Assembly: GCA_049840735.1 (NCBI GenBank)
Contig: JASGJN010000007.1
Coordinates: 64,001 to 128,000, forward strand
DNA: 64,000 nt
Source: Anaeromyxobacter sp.
Lineage (GTDB): Bacteria > Myxococcota > Myxococcia > Myxococcales > Anaeromyxobacteraceae
Direction of reading: 5' to 3'
Part shown: piece after piece, positions 50,325 through 61,477 of the stretch
Layout of the letters: the number at the start of each line of letters is the position of its first letter
How positions within the stretch are numbered: the first letter of the stretch is position 1
Position numbers and translations under genes: made by a program
Notes under the pieces: model-generated
The model's database searches: none
What the model was told of the DNA's origin: nothing
Seen by the model: the letters and a program-made list of their open reading frames with translations, nothing else

Positions 50325-50744
50325 TCAGCGCCCCTCGATGTACGTCTGCAGCTGCTCGATGACGAACTGCTTCTCGTCGAGCATGAGCTGGATGATGTCG
50401 CGCATCGAGACCACGCCGATCACCCGGCCGTCCTCCTCCACCAGGAGGTGCCGGGTGGTGTGATCGCGCATCAGCGCGGCCGTCTCCGCCTCGGTGGCGT
50501 CGGGGCGGACGCGCGGGAGGCCCGGACGCATGGCCTCGCGGATGGGCAGGCCCGCGTCCGCGCCGCGCGCCAGGACGGTCAGGACCAGGTCGCGCTCGGT
50601 CACCAGGCCGACGATGCCCCCTGCGTCGCGCACGGCCACCGAGCCGATGTGGTGCTCCGCCATGAGCCGCGCCGCCTCGCGCACCGGCGTGGCCGCGTCC
50701 AGCGCCACGATCTGACGCGTGACCTGCCTCTCGATCGCCGCCAT
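50325..50744 (-). CDS. CBS domain pair protein
   Basis: VREAARLMAEHHIGSVAV..GLVTERDL; LMRDHTTRHLLV..GVVSMRDII. Confidence 0.9.
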   Translation of the reverse strand: MAAIERQVTRQIVALDAATPVREAARLMAEHHIGSVAVRDAGGIVGLVTERDLVLTVLARGADAGLPIREAMRPGLPRVRPDATEAETAALMRDHTTRHLLVEEDGRVIGVVSMRDIIQLMLDEKQFVIEQLQTYIEGR

Positions 50745-50854
50745 CGTCCACCTCCCGGAAGATCCGATTTCACCGCTCGCGAACGGGGGCCGCCGGGCCG
50801 AGGCGGGGCAGGACCCGACGAGGACGCCTGGCGCGCCGCGTCCAGCGCGGCGAG

Positions 50855-51394
50855 TCAGAGGGCGTCGCGGTGGACCTGCCAGACGCCCAGGCGGATGCCG
50901 CGGTAGGCGTCGACGCAGGAGGCGGGCGCGTCCGGCCGGTCCCAGACGAACGGGGCGAAGCGCGGATCGACGCCGTCCCAGGCCGGGTTGGCGTGCATCG
51001 GGTCGCCCAGCTCGTAGTGGCCCAGCTCGTGGAGGAGCTCGGCCGCCTCGAAGCAGTCGCGGGCCTCCGCGGGGACCAGCACCGAGAGCGTGTGGTTGGG
51101 GTAGTCGGTGCAGCCGTCGTTCCGGGTGGAGAGGTAGCAGACGTAGTCGGCCGAGTCGCGGTAGAGGACGCGCCAGCCGGAGAGGTCGTGCAGGTTCCAG
51201 TAGCCCATCTCCAGGTCGAGGATCCGGTCCACCCTGACCTTGGCCGCGGCCAGGTCGGGCGGGTCGGTCTCGAACTCGATGCAGGCGCCGTGGCTGTCGA
51301 AGTCGCACCGCCAGGGATCGCAGCCGCAGAGGAGCCAGCCGGCGGCCAGCGCCGCCCACCCCGCCCATCGCTTCCTCGCCCACCCCCAGGCCAC
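50855..51394 (-). CDS. Small putative lipoprotein with HExxH zincin motif; start uncertain
   Basis: Lipobox-like LLCGC; LLHELGHYELGDPMH; several paired Cys. Confidence 0.6.
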   Translation of the reverse strand: MAWGWARKRWAGWAALAAGWLLCGCDPWRCDFDSHGACIEFETDPPDLAAAKVRVDRILDLEMGYWNLHDLSGWRVLYRDSADYVCYLSTRNDGCTDYPNHTLSVLVPAEARDCFEAAELLHELGHYELGDPMHANPAWDGVDPRFAPFVWDRPDAPASCVDAYRGIRLGVWQVHRDAL

Positions 51395-51568
51395 TGCGTC
51401 GTAAGCTAGGCCGTCCCCGGCGCCGCGGTACGCCCCCGCGCCCGGCCGGACCCGCCGGAGCCGCACGGCCCCCTGCCCGCCCAGGGGGTCGCGCGGGCCG
51501 TGGGCGCTTCGGCGCTTGCGGAGCGCCGCCGGGGGCTCAAGAGTGGGGCTTCGAGAAGGGAGCACGTC

Positions 51569-53227
51569 GTGCCGGTCCCGCAGCGCAGGCGAGCCGTCGA
51601 TCCGACCTGGTTCAAGGACGCCATCATCTACGAGACGCACGTCCGGTCGTTCTACGACTCCAACGCGGACGGGATGGGCGACCTGCGCGGGCTGGTGGAG
51701 AAGCTCGACTACCTGCAGGAGCTGGGCGTCACGTGCGTGTGGCTCCTGCCGTGCTTCCCGTCGCCGCTCAAGGACGACGGCTACGACATCGCCGACTACC
51801 GCGGCATCCACCCCGACTACGGCGCGGTGGAGGACTTCCGCCAGCTGGTCGAGGCCGCCCACGCGCGCGGGCTGCGGGTGGTGATCGAGCTCGTGATCAA
51901 CCACACCAGCGACCAGCACCCCTGGTTCCAGCGGGCCCGGCGGGCACCGCCCGGGTCGCCCGAGCGCGCCTACTACGTGTGGAGCGACACCGACCAGCGC
52001 TACCAGGACGCGCGGATCATCTTCACCGACACCGAGAAGTCGAACTGGACCTGGGATCCGGAGGCCAAGCAGTACTACTGGCACCGCTTCTTCTCGCACC
52101 AGCCCGACCTGAACTTCGAGAACCCCAAGGTGCTCGAGGAGGTGCTGGACGTCCTGCGGCACTGGGCGGAGATGGGCGTGGACGGCTTCCGGCTCGACGC
52201 CGTGCCGTACCTGGTGGAGGAGGACGGGACCAACTGCGAGAACCTGGCCGCCACGCACGACGTGATCCGGCGCATCCGGCGGTACATGGACGACCACTTC
52301 CCCGGGCGGATGCTGCTGGCCGAGGCCAACCAGTGGCCCGAGGACGTGCGGCCGTACTTCGGCGCGGGGGACGAGTGCCACATGGCGTTCCACTTCCCGC
52401 TCATGCCGCGCATCTTCATGGCGCTGCGGCTGGAGGACGTGGAGCCGATCGTGGAGATCATGCAGCGCACGCCGGCCATCCCCGAGACGTGCCAGTGGGC
52501 GCTGTTCCTGCGGAACCACGACGAGCTCACGCTGGAGATGGTGACCGCCGACGAGCGGGACTACATGTACCTGGCGTACAGCCAGGACCCGCGGATGAAG
52601 ATCAACGTGGGGATCCGGCGGCGGCTGGCGCCGCTGGTGGACAACAGCCGGCGGCGGATGGAGCTGCTCAACTCGCTGCTGTTCTCGTTCCCCGGGACGC
52701 CGGTCGTGTACTACGGCGACGAGATCGGCATGGGGGACAACATCTACCTGCACGACCGGAACGGCGTGCGGACCCCGATGCAGTGGAGCCCGGACCGGAA
52801 CGCCGGGTTCTCGCGGGCCGACCCCGGGCGGCTCTACTCCGCGCCCATCTCGGACGCCGTCTACGGCTACCAGGCCGTGAACGTGGAGGCGCAGCTGAGG
52901 GACCCGTCCTCGCTGCTGCACTGGATGCGCAACACCATCGCGCTACGGAAGCTCTTCAAGGCGTTCGGCCGCGGGAGCATGGGCTTCCTGCCCGTCCCGA
53001 ACCGGAAGGTGCTGGCGTACGTGCGGCGGTACGAGGAGGAGCTGATCCTGTGCGTGGCGAACGTCTCGCGCTTCGCGCAGCCCGCCGAGCTGGACCTTTC
53101 CGAGTTCGAGGGGTACGTGCCGGTGGAGATCCTCGGCTACACCGAGTTCCCCCGCGTCGAGAAGCGGCCCTACTTCCTGACCCTGGCCCCGTACGGCTTC
53201 TACTGGTTCGAGCTGCGGAAGCCGTAG
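51569..53227 (+). CDS. treS: Trehalose synthase (maltose alpha-D-glucosyltransferase, GH13)
   Basis: [70 protein letters not shown]. Confidence 0.95.
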   Translation: MPVPQRRRAVDPTWFKDAIIYETHVRSFYDSNADGMGDLRGLVEKLDYLQELGVTCVWLLPCFPSPLKDDGYDIADYRGIHPDYGAVEDFRQLVEAAHARGLRVVIELVINHTSDQHPWFQRARRAPPGSPERAYYVWSDTDQRYQDARIIFTDTEKSNWTWDPEAKQYYWHRFFSHQPDLNFENPKVLEEVLDVLRHWAEMGVDGFRLDAVPYLVEEDGTNCENLAATHDVIRRIRRYMDDHFPGRMLLAEANQWPEDVRPYFGAGDECHMAFHFPLMPRIFMALRLEDVEPIVEIMQRTPAIPETCQWALFLRNHDELTLEMVTADERDYMYLAYSQDPRMKINVGIRRRLAPLVDNSRRRMELLNSLLFSFPGTPVVYYGDEIGMGDNIYLHDRNGVRTPMQWSPDRNAGFSRADPGRLYSAPISDAVYGYQAVNVEAQLRDPSSLLHWMRNTIALRKLFKAFGRGSMGFLPVPNRKVLAYVRRYEEELILCVANVSRFAQPAELDLSEFEGYVPVEILGYTEFPRVEKRPYFLTLAPYGFYWFELRKP

Positions 53228-53428
53228 CGCAGCGGCGCCCTCGCGAGCGCACCCGCGCCCACCCCGCCCCCGGGCTCCCGGGCGCCCGCGCCCTACATCC
53301 GCGGTCCCCGGACCACAGCGGCCCTGGTCCGCGCGGCGCGCCGCCGCGTGAGCCGGGGCGTCCTCCCATGCGATCGTTCCCGGCCAGCGGGGCCCCCGTC
53401 CCGCGCCCCACGCCCCACCGGAGAACGC

Positions 53429-53938
53429 ATGCGCCTCGGCCCGCTCGCCGTCCCCCTCCTGCTCACCTCGGCGTGCGCCACCGGGATCGCGAGCCTGCCG
53501 CCCATGGACCCGGGGCCCCAGCAGTCGGCCGTCTACCTCTACCGCCAGCACGCGGAGCCGACGTCACGGACGGTGGACGTCCTGCTGGACGGCAAGGCCA
53601 TCGCCACGCTCGAGGAGGCCACCTTCACCCGCCTGCTGGTCGCCTCGGGGCGCCGCACGGTGCGGATGGCCTGGCCCGAGGACACGCAGGCCGGCGCCAC
53701 CCTCGAGCTCAAGCTGGAGCCGGGCAAGCGCTACTTCATCAGCGTGGAGACGTCGCGGGTCGGCGGCGGGCTGGCGGGCGACGTGGCGGTGGACGGCGGC
53801 ACGCGCTTCGCGTCGCGCGGCGGCGCGGGCAGCGCCGCCACCATCCAGTCCAAGGTCCGCTCGGTCAACCCGCTCGACGGCGAGTCCACCGTGAAGGCCT
53901 GCTGCAGCTACCTGCCCCCGCTGGTCGGCAAGCGCTGA
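53429..53938 (+). CDS. DUF2846-like lipoprotein
   Basis: Lipobox LTSAC; AVYLYR..VLLDGK..LEPGKRYFI. Confidence 0.7.
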   Translation: MRLGPLAVPLLLTSACATGIASLPPMDPGPQQSAVYLYRQHAEPTSRTVDVLLDGKAIATLEEATFTRLLVASGRRTVRMAWPEDTQAGATLELKLEPGKRYFISVETSRVGGGLAGDVAVDGGTRFASRGGAGSAATIQSKVRSVNPLDGESTVKACCSYLPPLVGKR

Positions 53939-53944
53939 GGCGCC

Positions 53945-55834
53945 TCACCGCGGCGCGCCGCCCTCCCGCGCGCGCTTGCCGTGCATGAGCTCGATGACCG
54001 ACTGGTACAGCCGCCGCCGCGTCTCGTGCCGCTCGTAGGCGCGCGTGATGTACCGCACGTCGAGCTGCACGCCGCCGCTGGTGGGCACCACGTTGATGCC
54101 GGGGACGGCCGAGAAGGTCCGGACGCGGTAGCGGGTGGTGGTCCTGCGCCACTCCTGCTCGGCCTCGCGCGCGTTGGCCTCGGTCACGCCCTCCACCAGG
54201 TGCTGCAGGCCGTCGATGATGGGGTAGGGGTCCTGCCCCAGCGGCACCAGCACCTGGAGCGTGTCCCACATCCACTGGCCCGAGGTGGAGAAGTTGAAGT
54301 AGTGCCCCTCGATGGCGAAGGAGTTCACGAACGAGACCCGCCGCCCGGTGGGGTGGCCGGCGTCGGTCCAGCTCCCGGTCTCCAGCAGCACGGTGTGGAG
54401 CAGCCCGATCTCCGCCACCTCGCCGCCCACGCCCTTGATCTCCACCCAGTCGCCCACGCGGAGGCCGTTCCGGCCCATGAGCACGAACCAGCCGAAGAAG
54501 GCGACGATGAAGTCCTTGAGCGCCACCGTCAGGCCGGCGCCGGCCAGGCCCAGGATGGTGGTGAGCTGGCCGGGGGTGCCGAACACCACGAACACCGCGG
54601 CCAGCACGCCGGCCAGCTGCACGGCCAGCCGCGCCACGGTCCTCAGCGTCCCGGCGCGCAGCTGCTCCTGCTCGCGCCCCGCGAAGAAGCGATCCACGCC
54701 CAGCAGGCCCGCGAAGGTGATGAGCGCGATGATCAGCACCGTGGCCAGGCCGAGCAGCCCCCGGTGCGCGGCGGCGGACTGCTGCCGGCGCGCGATGGCG
54801 GTCCACTCCCCGTAGACGTCCGCCAGCTCCTGCTGGTCCTGCTGGCGGCGCGCGATGGCGGTGAGCCGGCGCTTGGCGGCCGCGGCCTGCCGCAGGGCGT
54901 TGGCCTGGCGGGTGGCCGGGTCGAGGGTGCCGTCGGCTCCGGCCGCCTGCGCCCCCTGCGCCGCGCTCTCCTCCGCCGCCTTCCGCAGCCGCGCGTTGAT
55001 CCGCTCGCTGACGCCGCCCAGCCGCTGGACCTCCGCCAGCGCGTCCGCCCGCGCGGTCTCCAGCTTCGCCACCTTCTCCCGGCGCGCCGCGAGCGCGCGC
55101 CCGCGCACCAGCAGGCTCCCGGTCGCGCTCGTGTCGGGCGCCAGCACCGGCGGCGGGCGCGTCTCCTTCTGCGCCGCGTCGTAGGCCGCCTTGAGCCGCT
55201 GGATCCGCGCCTGCGGGTCGCCGCCCGCCCGGGCCAGCTCCTCGCGCGCCTCCTCCAGCTCGTCCCGGGCCAGCTCCAGCTGGGCCCGCGCCACCTCCAG
55301 GTGGTCCACGATGGGCGGCCGCTCGGAGCCCGGCGCCGCGATGAGCTTGCGGGTGAGCTCGTCCACCTGCCCCTGGGCGGCGCCGGCCGCCGACTCGGCG
55401 CGGTCGCGCGCCTCGGCCAGCGCCTTCACCTGCGGCGTCACCTCGGGCGGCTCCTCGGCGATCCGCCGGAGCGCCTCGGCGAAGGCCAGGTCCACCGCGT
55501 GGTCGGCGAGCCGCTCCGCCTGCCGGGACAGCTCCTGCTCCTCCGGCGTCTCGGCCAGCGCCGAGAGGCGCCGCGCCGTCAGCACCGGCGCCGGGTTCAC
55601 CACCCGCTCGCGCCGCGGCGGGGCGCCCGCCTGGCCGGCCTGGGCCGGCTGCCCGGCCTGGCCGGGCTGCCCGGGGGCCGCCTCGCCGCCGGCCCCGGGC
55701 GGGCGGGCCCGGCCCACCTCCGCCTGCGGATCCGCCGGCGGGGCGTCCGGCTCGCGTGTCAGGTACAGCCCCGCGCCGACGGCGGCGAGGAGGGCCAGCA
55801 GGAGGAACCCGGGTACCCAGCGGCGGAGGTCCAT
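53945..55834 (-). CDS. MscS family mechanosensitive channel with long N-terminal coiled-coil region
   Basis: LGLAGAGLTVALKD, LRVGDWVEIKGVGGEVAEIGLLHT, FNFS. Confidence 0.85.
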   Translation of the reverse strand: MDLRRWVPGFLLLALLAAVGAGLYLTREPDAPPADPQAEVGRARPPGAGGEAAPGQPGQAGQPAQAGQAGAPPRRERVVNPAPVLTARRLSALAETPEEQELSRQAERLADHAVDLAFAEALRRIAEEPPEVTPQVKALAEARDRAESAAGAAQGQVDELTRKLIAAPGSERPPIVDHLEVARAQLELARDELEEAREELARAGGDPQARIQRLKAAYDAAQKETRPPPVLAPDTSATGSLLVRGRALAARREKVAKLETARADALAEVQRLGGVSERINARLRKAAEESAAQGAQAAGADGTLDPATRQANALRQAAAAKRRLTAIARRQQDQQELADVYGEWTAIARRQQSAAAHRGLLGLATVLIIALITFAGLLGVDRFFAGREQEQLRAGTLRTVARLAVQLAGVLAAVFVVFGTPGQLTTILGLAGAGLTVALKDFIVAFFGWFVLMGRNGLRVGDWVEIKGVGGEVAEIGLLHTVLLETGSWTDAGHPTGRRVSFVNSFAIEGHYFNFSTSGQWMWDTLQVLVPLGQDPYPIIDGLQHLVEGVTEANAREAEQEWRRTTTRYRVRTFSAVPGINVVPTSGGVQLDVRYITRAYERHETRRRLYQSVIELMHGKRAREGGAPR

Positions 55835-55883
55835 GGCCCGACACCAGACCACGAGTCGGCCGCGGGGTGAAGCGGCGCGTGGG

Positions 55884-56963
55884 CTACCTCACGCCCAGCC
55901 CCAGGGAAGGTGCCGCCGCGGCGCCGCTGGTGCGGACGTACAGGTCGCTCGAGCCGGTCAGCTGCGCGCGGTAGGTCGGGTCCCCGTCGCGCGTGATCAC
56001 GCCGGCGCTGGAGACGTCGAGCGTGAAGGGCATGGGCAAGGTGGTGGCGCCGGTGCTGGCGGCGAAGTCGGAGAACGTCACCCCGCCGGCGGCGTCGACG
56101 GCCAGCGTGCCGTGGTTCCACTGCGAGGCCGCCGCGCTGGGGCCGCTGAGCAGGGCGTGGACGTGGAAGGTGCCCGCCAGGTCCCCCTGAGCGTGCGCGG
56201 CCCCGGTCACGACCAGCACCAGCAGCGTCGGCTCGGGCGCCCCGGCGTCGCCGGTGGTGTTGACCAGGAAGGCCACCTCGCGGTCGGGCGCGAGGAACCC
56301 GAGCAGCGGCGTCCCGGGCATGGTCACGCGGCCGTACCCGTCCACCGCCAGCGTCCCGATCGCGCCCGCCTCGACGCCCTGGCCCAGCGAGTCCACCGCG
56401 GCCGCGATCGAGACCAGCCCGTCCGCGTCCACGCTCCCGGTGCCGCGCTCCCAGCGCGGGTGGGGGCCGCTGTAGAGCGCGTGGTAGGTGAACGCCTTCC
56501 CGGCCAGGTCGGACAGGTGGTAGGTGACGCCGGCCACGCGCCGCCGCCAGATCAGGAGCTGCTGCGCATCCACCACGCCGTCGGTGCGCCCGCTGGCCGT
56601 CCCCACCACCAGCGTGTGGCTGGCCGCCAGCGAGCCGTGGAAGCCCCCCGGCGCGTCGGCGCCCGCCAGCGTCACGGTCCCGTCCGCCGCCAGCGAGGCC
56701 GTCAGGTCGAGCGCGGCCGGCGGCGTGAACGGGCCGGTCCAGGAGAGCCCCTCGGTCGCCTGCACGGCGCCGTCGCTCCCCACCACCAGGTGCAGCCAGC
56801 TCCACTCCGCCGTGTCGTTGGTGGAGAAGCGGAGCAGGTCCCAGTCGCCGGTCAGGTCGTTCCCCGGGGGCTCGCTGGAGCCGCCGGAGGTGCAGCTGCC
56901 GAGAGGGGAGGCCAGGGAGGCGGCCAGGACGGCGAGGGCGAGGCGGGCGACGGGCGAGGGCAT
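55884..56963 (-). CDS. Hypothetical lipoprotein with three internal beta-rich repeats
   Basis: Lipobox LGSC; recurring DL(T/A)G..W...L.V..DG.V..L..DG.VT pattern. Confidence 0.65.
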   Translation of the reverse strand: MPSPVARLALAVLAASLASPLGSCTSGGSSEPPGNDLTGDWDLLRFSTNDTAEWSWLHLVVGSDGAVQATEGLSWTGPFTPPAALDLTASLAADGTVTLAGADAPGGFHGSLAASHTLVVGTASGRTDGVVDAQQLLIWRRRVAGVTYHLSDLAGKAFTYHALYSGPHPRWERGTGSVDADGLVSIAAAVDSLGQGVEAGAIGTLAVDGYGRVTMPGTPLLGFLAPDREVAFLVNTTGDAGAPEPTLLVLVVTGAAHAQGDLAGTFHVHALLSGPSAAASQWNHGTLAVDAAGGVTFSDFAASTGATTLPMPFTLDVSSAGVITRDGDPTYRAQLTGSSDLYVRTSGAAAAPSLGLGVR

Positions 56964-57189
56964 GGGCAGCCTCCGGGCGCGCGGGCTGCTGCGCACCGTG
57001 ATTCTCACGCTGCCCACCCGGCCGGCGTCCGGTCGCGAGGGGTGGACCGAAGGGCCGGGCACGGTGCGGGTGCCCGGGATCGCCCGGCCCTGGCGGCGCC
57101 GGCGCTGCCCTCCCGCGCCTGCGGGAAACGACGACGGCCGGCACCCCTCGGAGGGAGCGCCGGCCGCCGGGTTCATCCGAGGCTGGAGG

Positions 57190-59561
57190 CTACCGCACCG
57201 CGACGGTGACGTTGTCGACGGTGGCCCAGTGCGTGCTGCCGGTGGACTTGACCCGGAAGCGCAGCTTCATGGTGGTGCTCTTGTAGGCGGTGATGTTGAT
57301 GGAGGCGTTGGTGGCGCCCCGCGTGCCGGTGTAGCTCGCCACCTGGGTCCAGGTGGAGCCGCTGTTGGTGGAGACGTCCACCGCCAGGTACTCGGAGGTG
57401 CCGAGGTTCTTGGTGGCGTACTTGAAGCCCAGCGTCACGGTGGTGCCGGTCTTGCTGATGGCGTTCTTGAGCGTGAGCTGCGACTCGGTCGAGCAGTTCA
57501 GGCAGGCCCCGACGCCGGAGCCGTTGAGCGTGCCCTGCTTCCACTTCCCGGTGGTGCTGCCGCCCGCGACCGCCCAGTTGGTCGCGATGCTGTCCATCGT
57601 GTCGTAGAAGTTGCCGTTGAACGCCGGGTAGATGTCGAGCGTGGCGCCGCCCGTGCCGGCGAAGTTGGCGCCGTCCGACCAGCGGGTGTCGTTGATGAGC
57701 GCCTTGTACTCGAAGGCGGCGCCCGAGGCGATGGCGGTGGTGGTGTAGACCCACACGTTGCCGGTGGTCCACTCGGTGGCCACGCCGGCGGTCCAGGAGA
57801 GCGGCGCCAGGCTCCCGCGCAGCGTGATGTTGTTGCCCATGCCCACGTCGTAGTGGACGCGGAAGGTGGTGGTCACGCTGCCGCCGCTGGCCAGCGTCGT
57901 CGCCGAGACGGTGCTCGACTTGGCCGAGGTGCCGGAGGCGTTGGAGGCGGTCACGTAGTAGTAGTACGCGGTGCTTGCGGCCAGCCCGATGTCACCGTAG
58001 CTGGTGGCGGAGGTGGTGCCGGCCACCGAGAAGGTGCAGGTGCTGCAGGTGGCCCGGTAGACCGTGTACGAGGTGGCGTCGGTCGAGGCGGTCCAGCTCA
58101 CGCTGATGGCGCTGCTGGAGGTGGCCGCGGCGGCCACGCCGGTCGGCGCCGCCGGGGTGGAGGCGGTGGCCCCCTGCCAGATGGCGTAGTTGGTCCCGCT
58201 CTGCCCGACCACCCACAGCCCGGCCGACGGCGCCCAGTCGCCGGGGCCGACCTTCACCGCGGTGTTGCCGTTCACGATGGCCGCGTACCTGCTGCTGTCG
58301 GCCGCCTGGATGGACACCGAGCTGGTGCTGGTGATCCCCTGCGCCTTGCGGATGGCGATCATGTTCTTGATGGCCGTCTGCAGCGGCGTGCCCCAGTCGA
58401 AGTAGTGGGACCAGAAGACCGAGGGGGTGCCGGGGTGGGTGAGGATGTACGCGTAGCCCTGCTCGACGTTGGCGCTGGGGAAGGCCCAGTGGTTCTGGCC
58501 GCCCGGCGCCGGGCCGGTGTCGTGGTTGTCGAGGAAGGTGACGGCGTAGGCAGGGTTGGAGCCGATGATGCCGGCCGGCTTGCCGCCGTTGTTCAGCTTG
58601 CCGAAGTCGTTGTAGCTGAACGCCTGCATCAGCAGCGGCTTGGTGACGAAGTCGAACGCGGCCGAGCGGTTGCCGGTGGCGGAGATCCAGTTGTTGATCT
58701 GGTTGCGCCAGTTGCTCGGGTCGTTGACGTCGAAGCTGTTGGTCGGCCAGTGCTCGCCCACCGAGAAGTAGGGCGAGGTGGCCGAGTTGTACTGGCCGAC
58801 GTAGCCGCCGCCGAAGCCCTTCACGTAGTCGTAGCGCCAGCCGTCGAAGCCGATCGTCCCCTTGAGCCAGTTGAGCCAGGTGGTGATGCCGTTCTGGACG
58901 TCGCCGTTGGTGTGGTCGAGGTCGCGGGCCGCGGCGTAGCCCTCACCGGAGTCCGAGGCGCCGCGCTGCGAGACGCCGGCGCCGGGGTTGCCGGCGGCGA
59001 AGTACTCGTCGTTGCTGGTGACCGCGTAGTTGTTGTTCGGGAAGGCGGGGTTGCAGAAGTCCGCCCAGTTGAGGCAGCCGTTGCGGTGGTTGATGACGAT
59101 GTCCGCCAGCACCTTCACGCCCTGGCCGTGCAGCGCCGTGATGGCCGACTGCAGCTGCGCCTGCGTGCCGTAGCTGGAGTTGAGGTTGTTCCACTCGGTG
59201 GGCAGGTAGCCCTGGACCGCGCCCGCCTTGCTGGGCGGCGGCATCCACACCATCGTGAACCCGCCGGCCTTGATGCTGGCCGCGTTGTTCTGCACCGTCG
59301 TGTACCAGCCGCCCTGCGTGCCCCAGATGAACCCCTGCAGCATCACGTCCGTGCCGCCGCCGGTGTAGGCGTCGGCCATGGGCACCTCGGCCGGATCGAC
59401 CGGGAGCACCCCCTCGTCCACCGCCTCCCCGGCGCTGCCCAGGTCCACCGCCTGGTCACCGCCCGGATCCCGATCCCCTCCGGCGCCGGCCCACACGCCG
59501 CCGAACCGACCCACACCAACAGCCCCAGCCACAGCGCTGCTGCGCGCTTCACTGCCTGCAT
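57190..59561 (-). CDS. Lipoprotein alpha-amylase (GH13 plant-type/G4-forming-like, FN3, CBM20-like, extra beta domain); indel at ~59470
   Basis: Lipobox SAAC; MLQGF.W, DIVINH, GWRYDYVKG, GEHW, FLDNHDTG, YAYILTHPGTP; FN3 (PTGV..SVSW..YYYYVTASN); CBM20-like (LRGSLAPLSW..FEYK). Confidence 0.88.
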
Positions 59562-59829
59562 GTGTGTTTCCCCGTTTTCACCACCGCGCCGGCGGGCGCT
59601 ACCCCGGCTCCGCTCTCCCCGCGCGATCCGCCGGACGATCGCGACGCGGAGCCGGTTCCCTTCCTCGACGGCGGATTTGCGGATTTTGCATTTCCACGCG
59701 TAGGAATGGGACACACCATGTGTGCGGCGACACTCTGCCGCAGCGGCCGGACGCCGCGGAGCTGGTGCGTGACTGTGGGTGCTGGTGGGTGAAGCTGGGT
59801 GTCGAGCGGCGAGCGCCGTCAGGGCGGGA

Positions 59830-61347
59830 TCAGCGCTCGTAGATCTCCACCAGCCGCGCCAGGCGCCGGGCCGTCTCCGGGGCGAGCGCGTCCTCGCGCA
59901 TCCGCCAGGCCCAGTTTCCGCCCAGCGTGGCGGGGCGGTTCATGCGCGCCGGCGTGCCCAGGCCGAGGACGTCCTGCATGGGCACGATGGCGGTGTCGGC
60001 CACCGACGCGAGCAGGGTCCGGATCAGCACCCAGTGCATCTCGCGGCCGTCGGTGGCGAGGTACTCGCGCGCGAAGGCCTTCTCGGCCTCCACCTCCTCC
60101 GCCGTGCGCGTGCTCGCGCCGGCGTCGCCGCCCCACCAGCCCATGACCGTGTCGTTGTCGTGCGTGCCGGTGTAGGCGACCACGTCGCGGGCGTAGTTGT
60201 GGGGCAGGAAGGTGGGCGCCTGCGGGTCGTTGCCGAAGGCGAACTGGAGGATGGCCATCCCGGGGAAGCCGAAGCGGTGGCGCAGCCCCTCCACCTCCGG
60301 CGTGATCACGCCCAGGTTCTCGGCGATGAAGGGGAGCGGCCCGAGCGCCTTCTCCAGCGCCTCGAACAGCGCCGCGCCCGGCCCCTTCACCCACCGACCC
60401 TCCACGGCGGTGGGGCAGCTGGCGAGGATCTCCCAGAAGGCCTCGAACCCGCGGAAGTGGTCGAGCCGGATCCGGTCCACCATGGCCAGCGCGCCGCGCA
60501 CGCGCGTCACCCAGAACGCGAACCCGTCGGCCGCCATGCGCCCCCAGTCGTAGATGGGATTGCCCCAGCGCTGGCCGGTGGCGCTGAAGTAGTCGGGCGG
60601 CACGCCCGAGACCACCGACGGCTCGCCGTCGGGCTGCAGCTTGAACAGGTCCGGCCGCGCCCAGACCTCGGCCGAGTCGTGCGCCACGTAGATGGGCACG
60701 TCCCCCACCAGCGCGATGCCCAGCGCGCGGCAGCGGGCCCGCAGCGCCTCCCACTGCCGGAAGAACTGCCACTGGGTGAACACCTCGGCGGCGATGGCCT
60801 CGGCGTGCTGCTCCCGCGCGGCCAGGAGCGCGGCCGGCTCGCGCTGGCGCAGCGGCGCCGCCCAGCGCGTCCAGGGCTGGCCGCCGTGGGCGTCCTTGAG
60901 GACGGTGAAGAGCGCCCAGTCCTCCAGCCAGGCGGCGTGGCGGGCCCGGAAGTCGGCCAGCTCGGCGCGCCGCTCCGGGCCGGCCTTGTCGGCGAAGCTG
61001 CGCGCGGCGCGGACCAGCCGCTCCTTCTTCCAGAGCAGCGCCTCGTGCAGCGCCGCCGTGTCCGGGGTGCCGGCGGGCGCGCCGGCCAGGTCGGCCTCGG
61101 CCAGCCAGCCCTCGGTCCGGATCACGTCCAGCGAGACCAGCAGCGGGTTGCCGGCGAACGAGGAGAGCGCCTGGTAGGGCGAGTCGCCGTAGCCGGTGGG
61201 CGAGAGCGGCAGCACCTGCCAGAGGCGCTGGCCGGCCTCCGCCAGCCAGGCCGCGAACCGGTGCGCGGCGACGCCGAGGTCGCCGGCGCCGTGCGGGCCG
61301 GGGAGGGAGGTCGGGTGCAGGAGGATGCCGCTGCGGCGGTCGGACAT
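59830..61347 (-). CDS. malQ: 4-alpha-glucanotransferase (amylomaltase, GH77)
   Basis: GILLHPTSLPG, WQVLPL, GDVPIYV, GVPPDYFSATGQRWGNP, RLDHFRGF, YTGTHDNDT, RMNRP..NW.WR. Confidence 0.96.
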   Translation of the reverse strand: MSDRRSGILLHPTSLPGPHGAGDLGVAAHRFAAWLAEAGQRLWQVLPLSPTGYGDSPYQALSSFAGNPLLVSLDVIRTEGWLAEADLAGAPAGTPDTAALHEALLWKKERLVRAARSFADKAGPERRAELADFRARHAAWLEDWALFTVLKDAHGGQPWTRWAAPLRQREPAALLAAREQHAEAIAAEVFTQWQFFRQWEALRARCRALGIALVGDVPIYVAHDSAEVWARPDLFKLQPDGEPSVVSGVPPDYFSATGQRWGNPIYDWGRMAADGFAFWVTRVRGALAMVDRIRLDHFRGFEAFWEILASCPTAVEGRWVKGPGAALFEALEKALGPLPFIAENLGVITPEVEGLRHRFGFPGMAILQFAFGNDPQAPTFLPHNYARDVVAYTGTHDNDTVMGWWGGDAGASTRTAEEVEAEKAFAREYLATDGREMHWVLIRTLLASVADTAIVPMQDVLGLGTPARMNRPATLGGNWAWRMREDALAPETARRLARLVEIYER

Positions 61348-61477
61348 GGGAGCTCCGCTCAAGAGGCGCGTCTGGGGAAGGCGTCTGGCCGAGGCGCCAG
61401 GGAAGGCGAAGCCCGGCGCCCGGTCAAGCCCGAAGTGCGGCAGGGGCGGGGGCGGGCCGCGCCCCGGCCGTCCCGGC

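Noticed and set aside
59670..59735. AT-richer patch upstream of the amylase as a LacI/MalR operator
   Set aside because: Probably the promoter region, but no convincing palindrome or consensus could be defined
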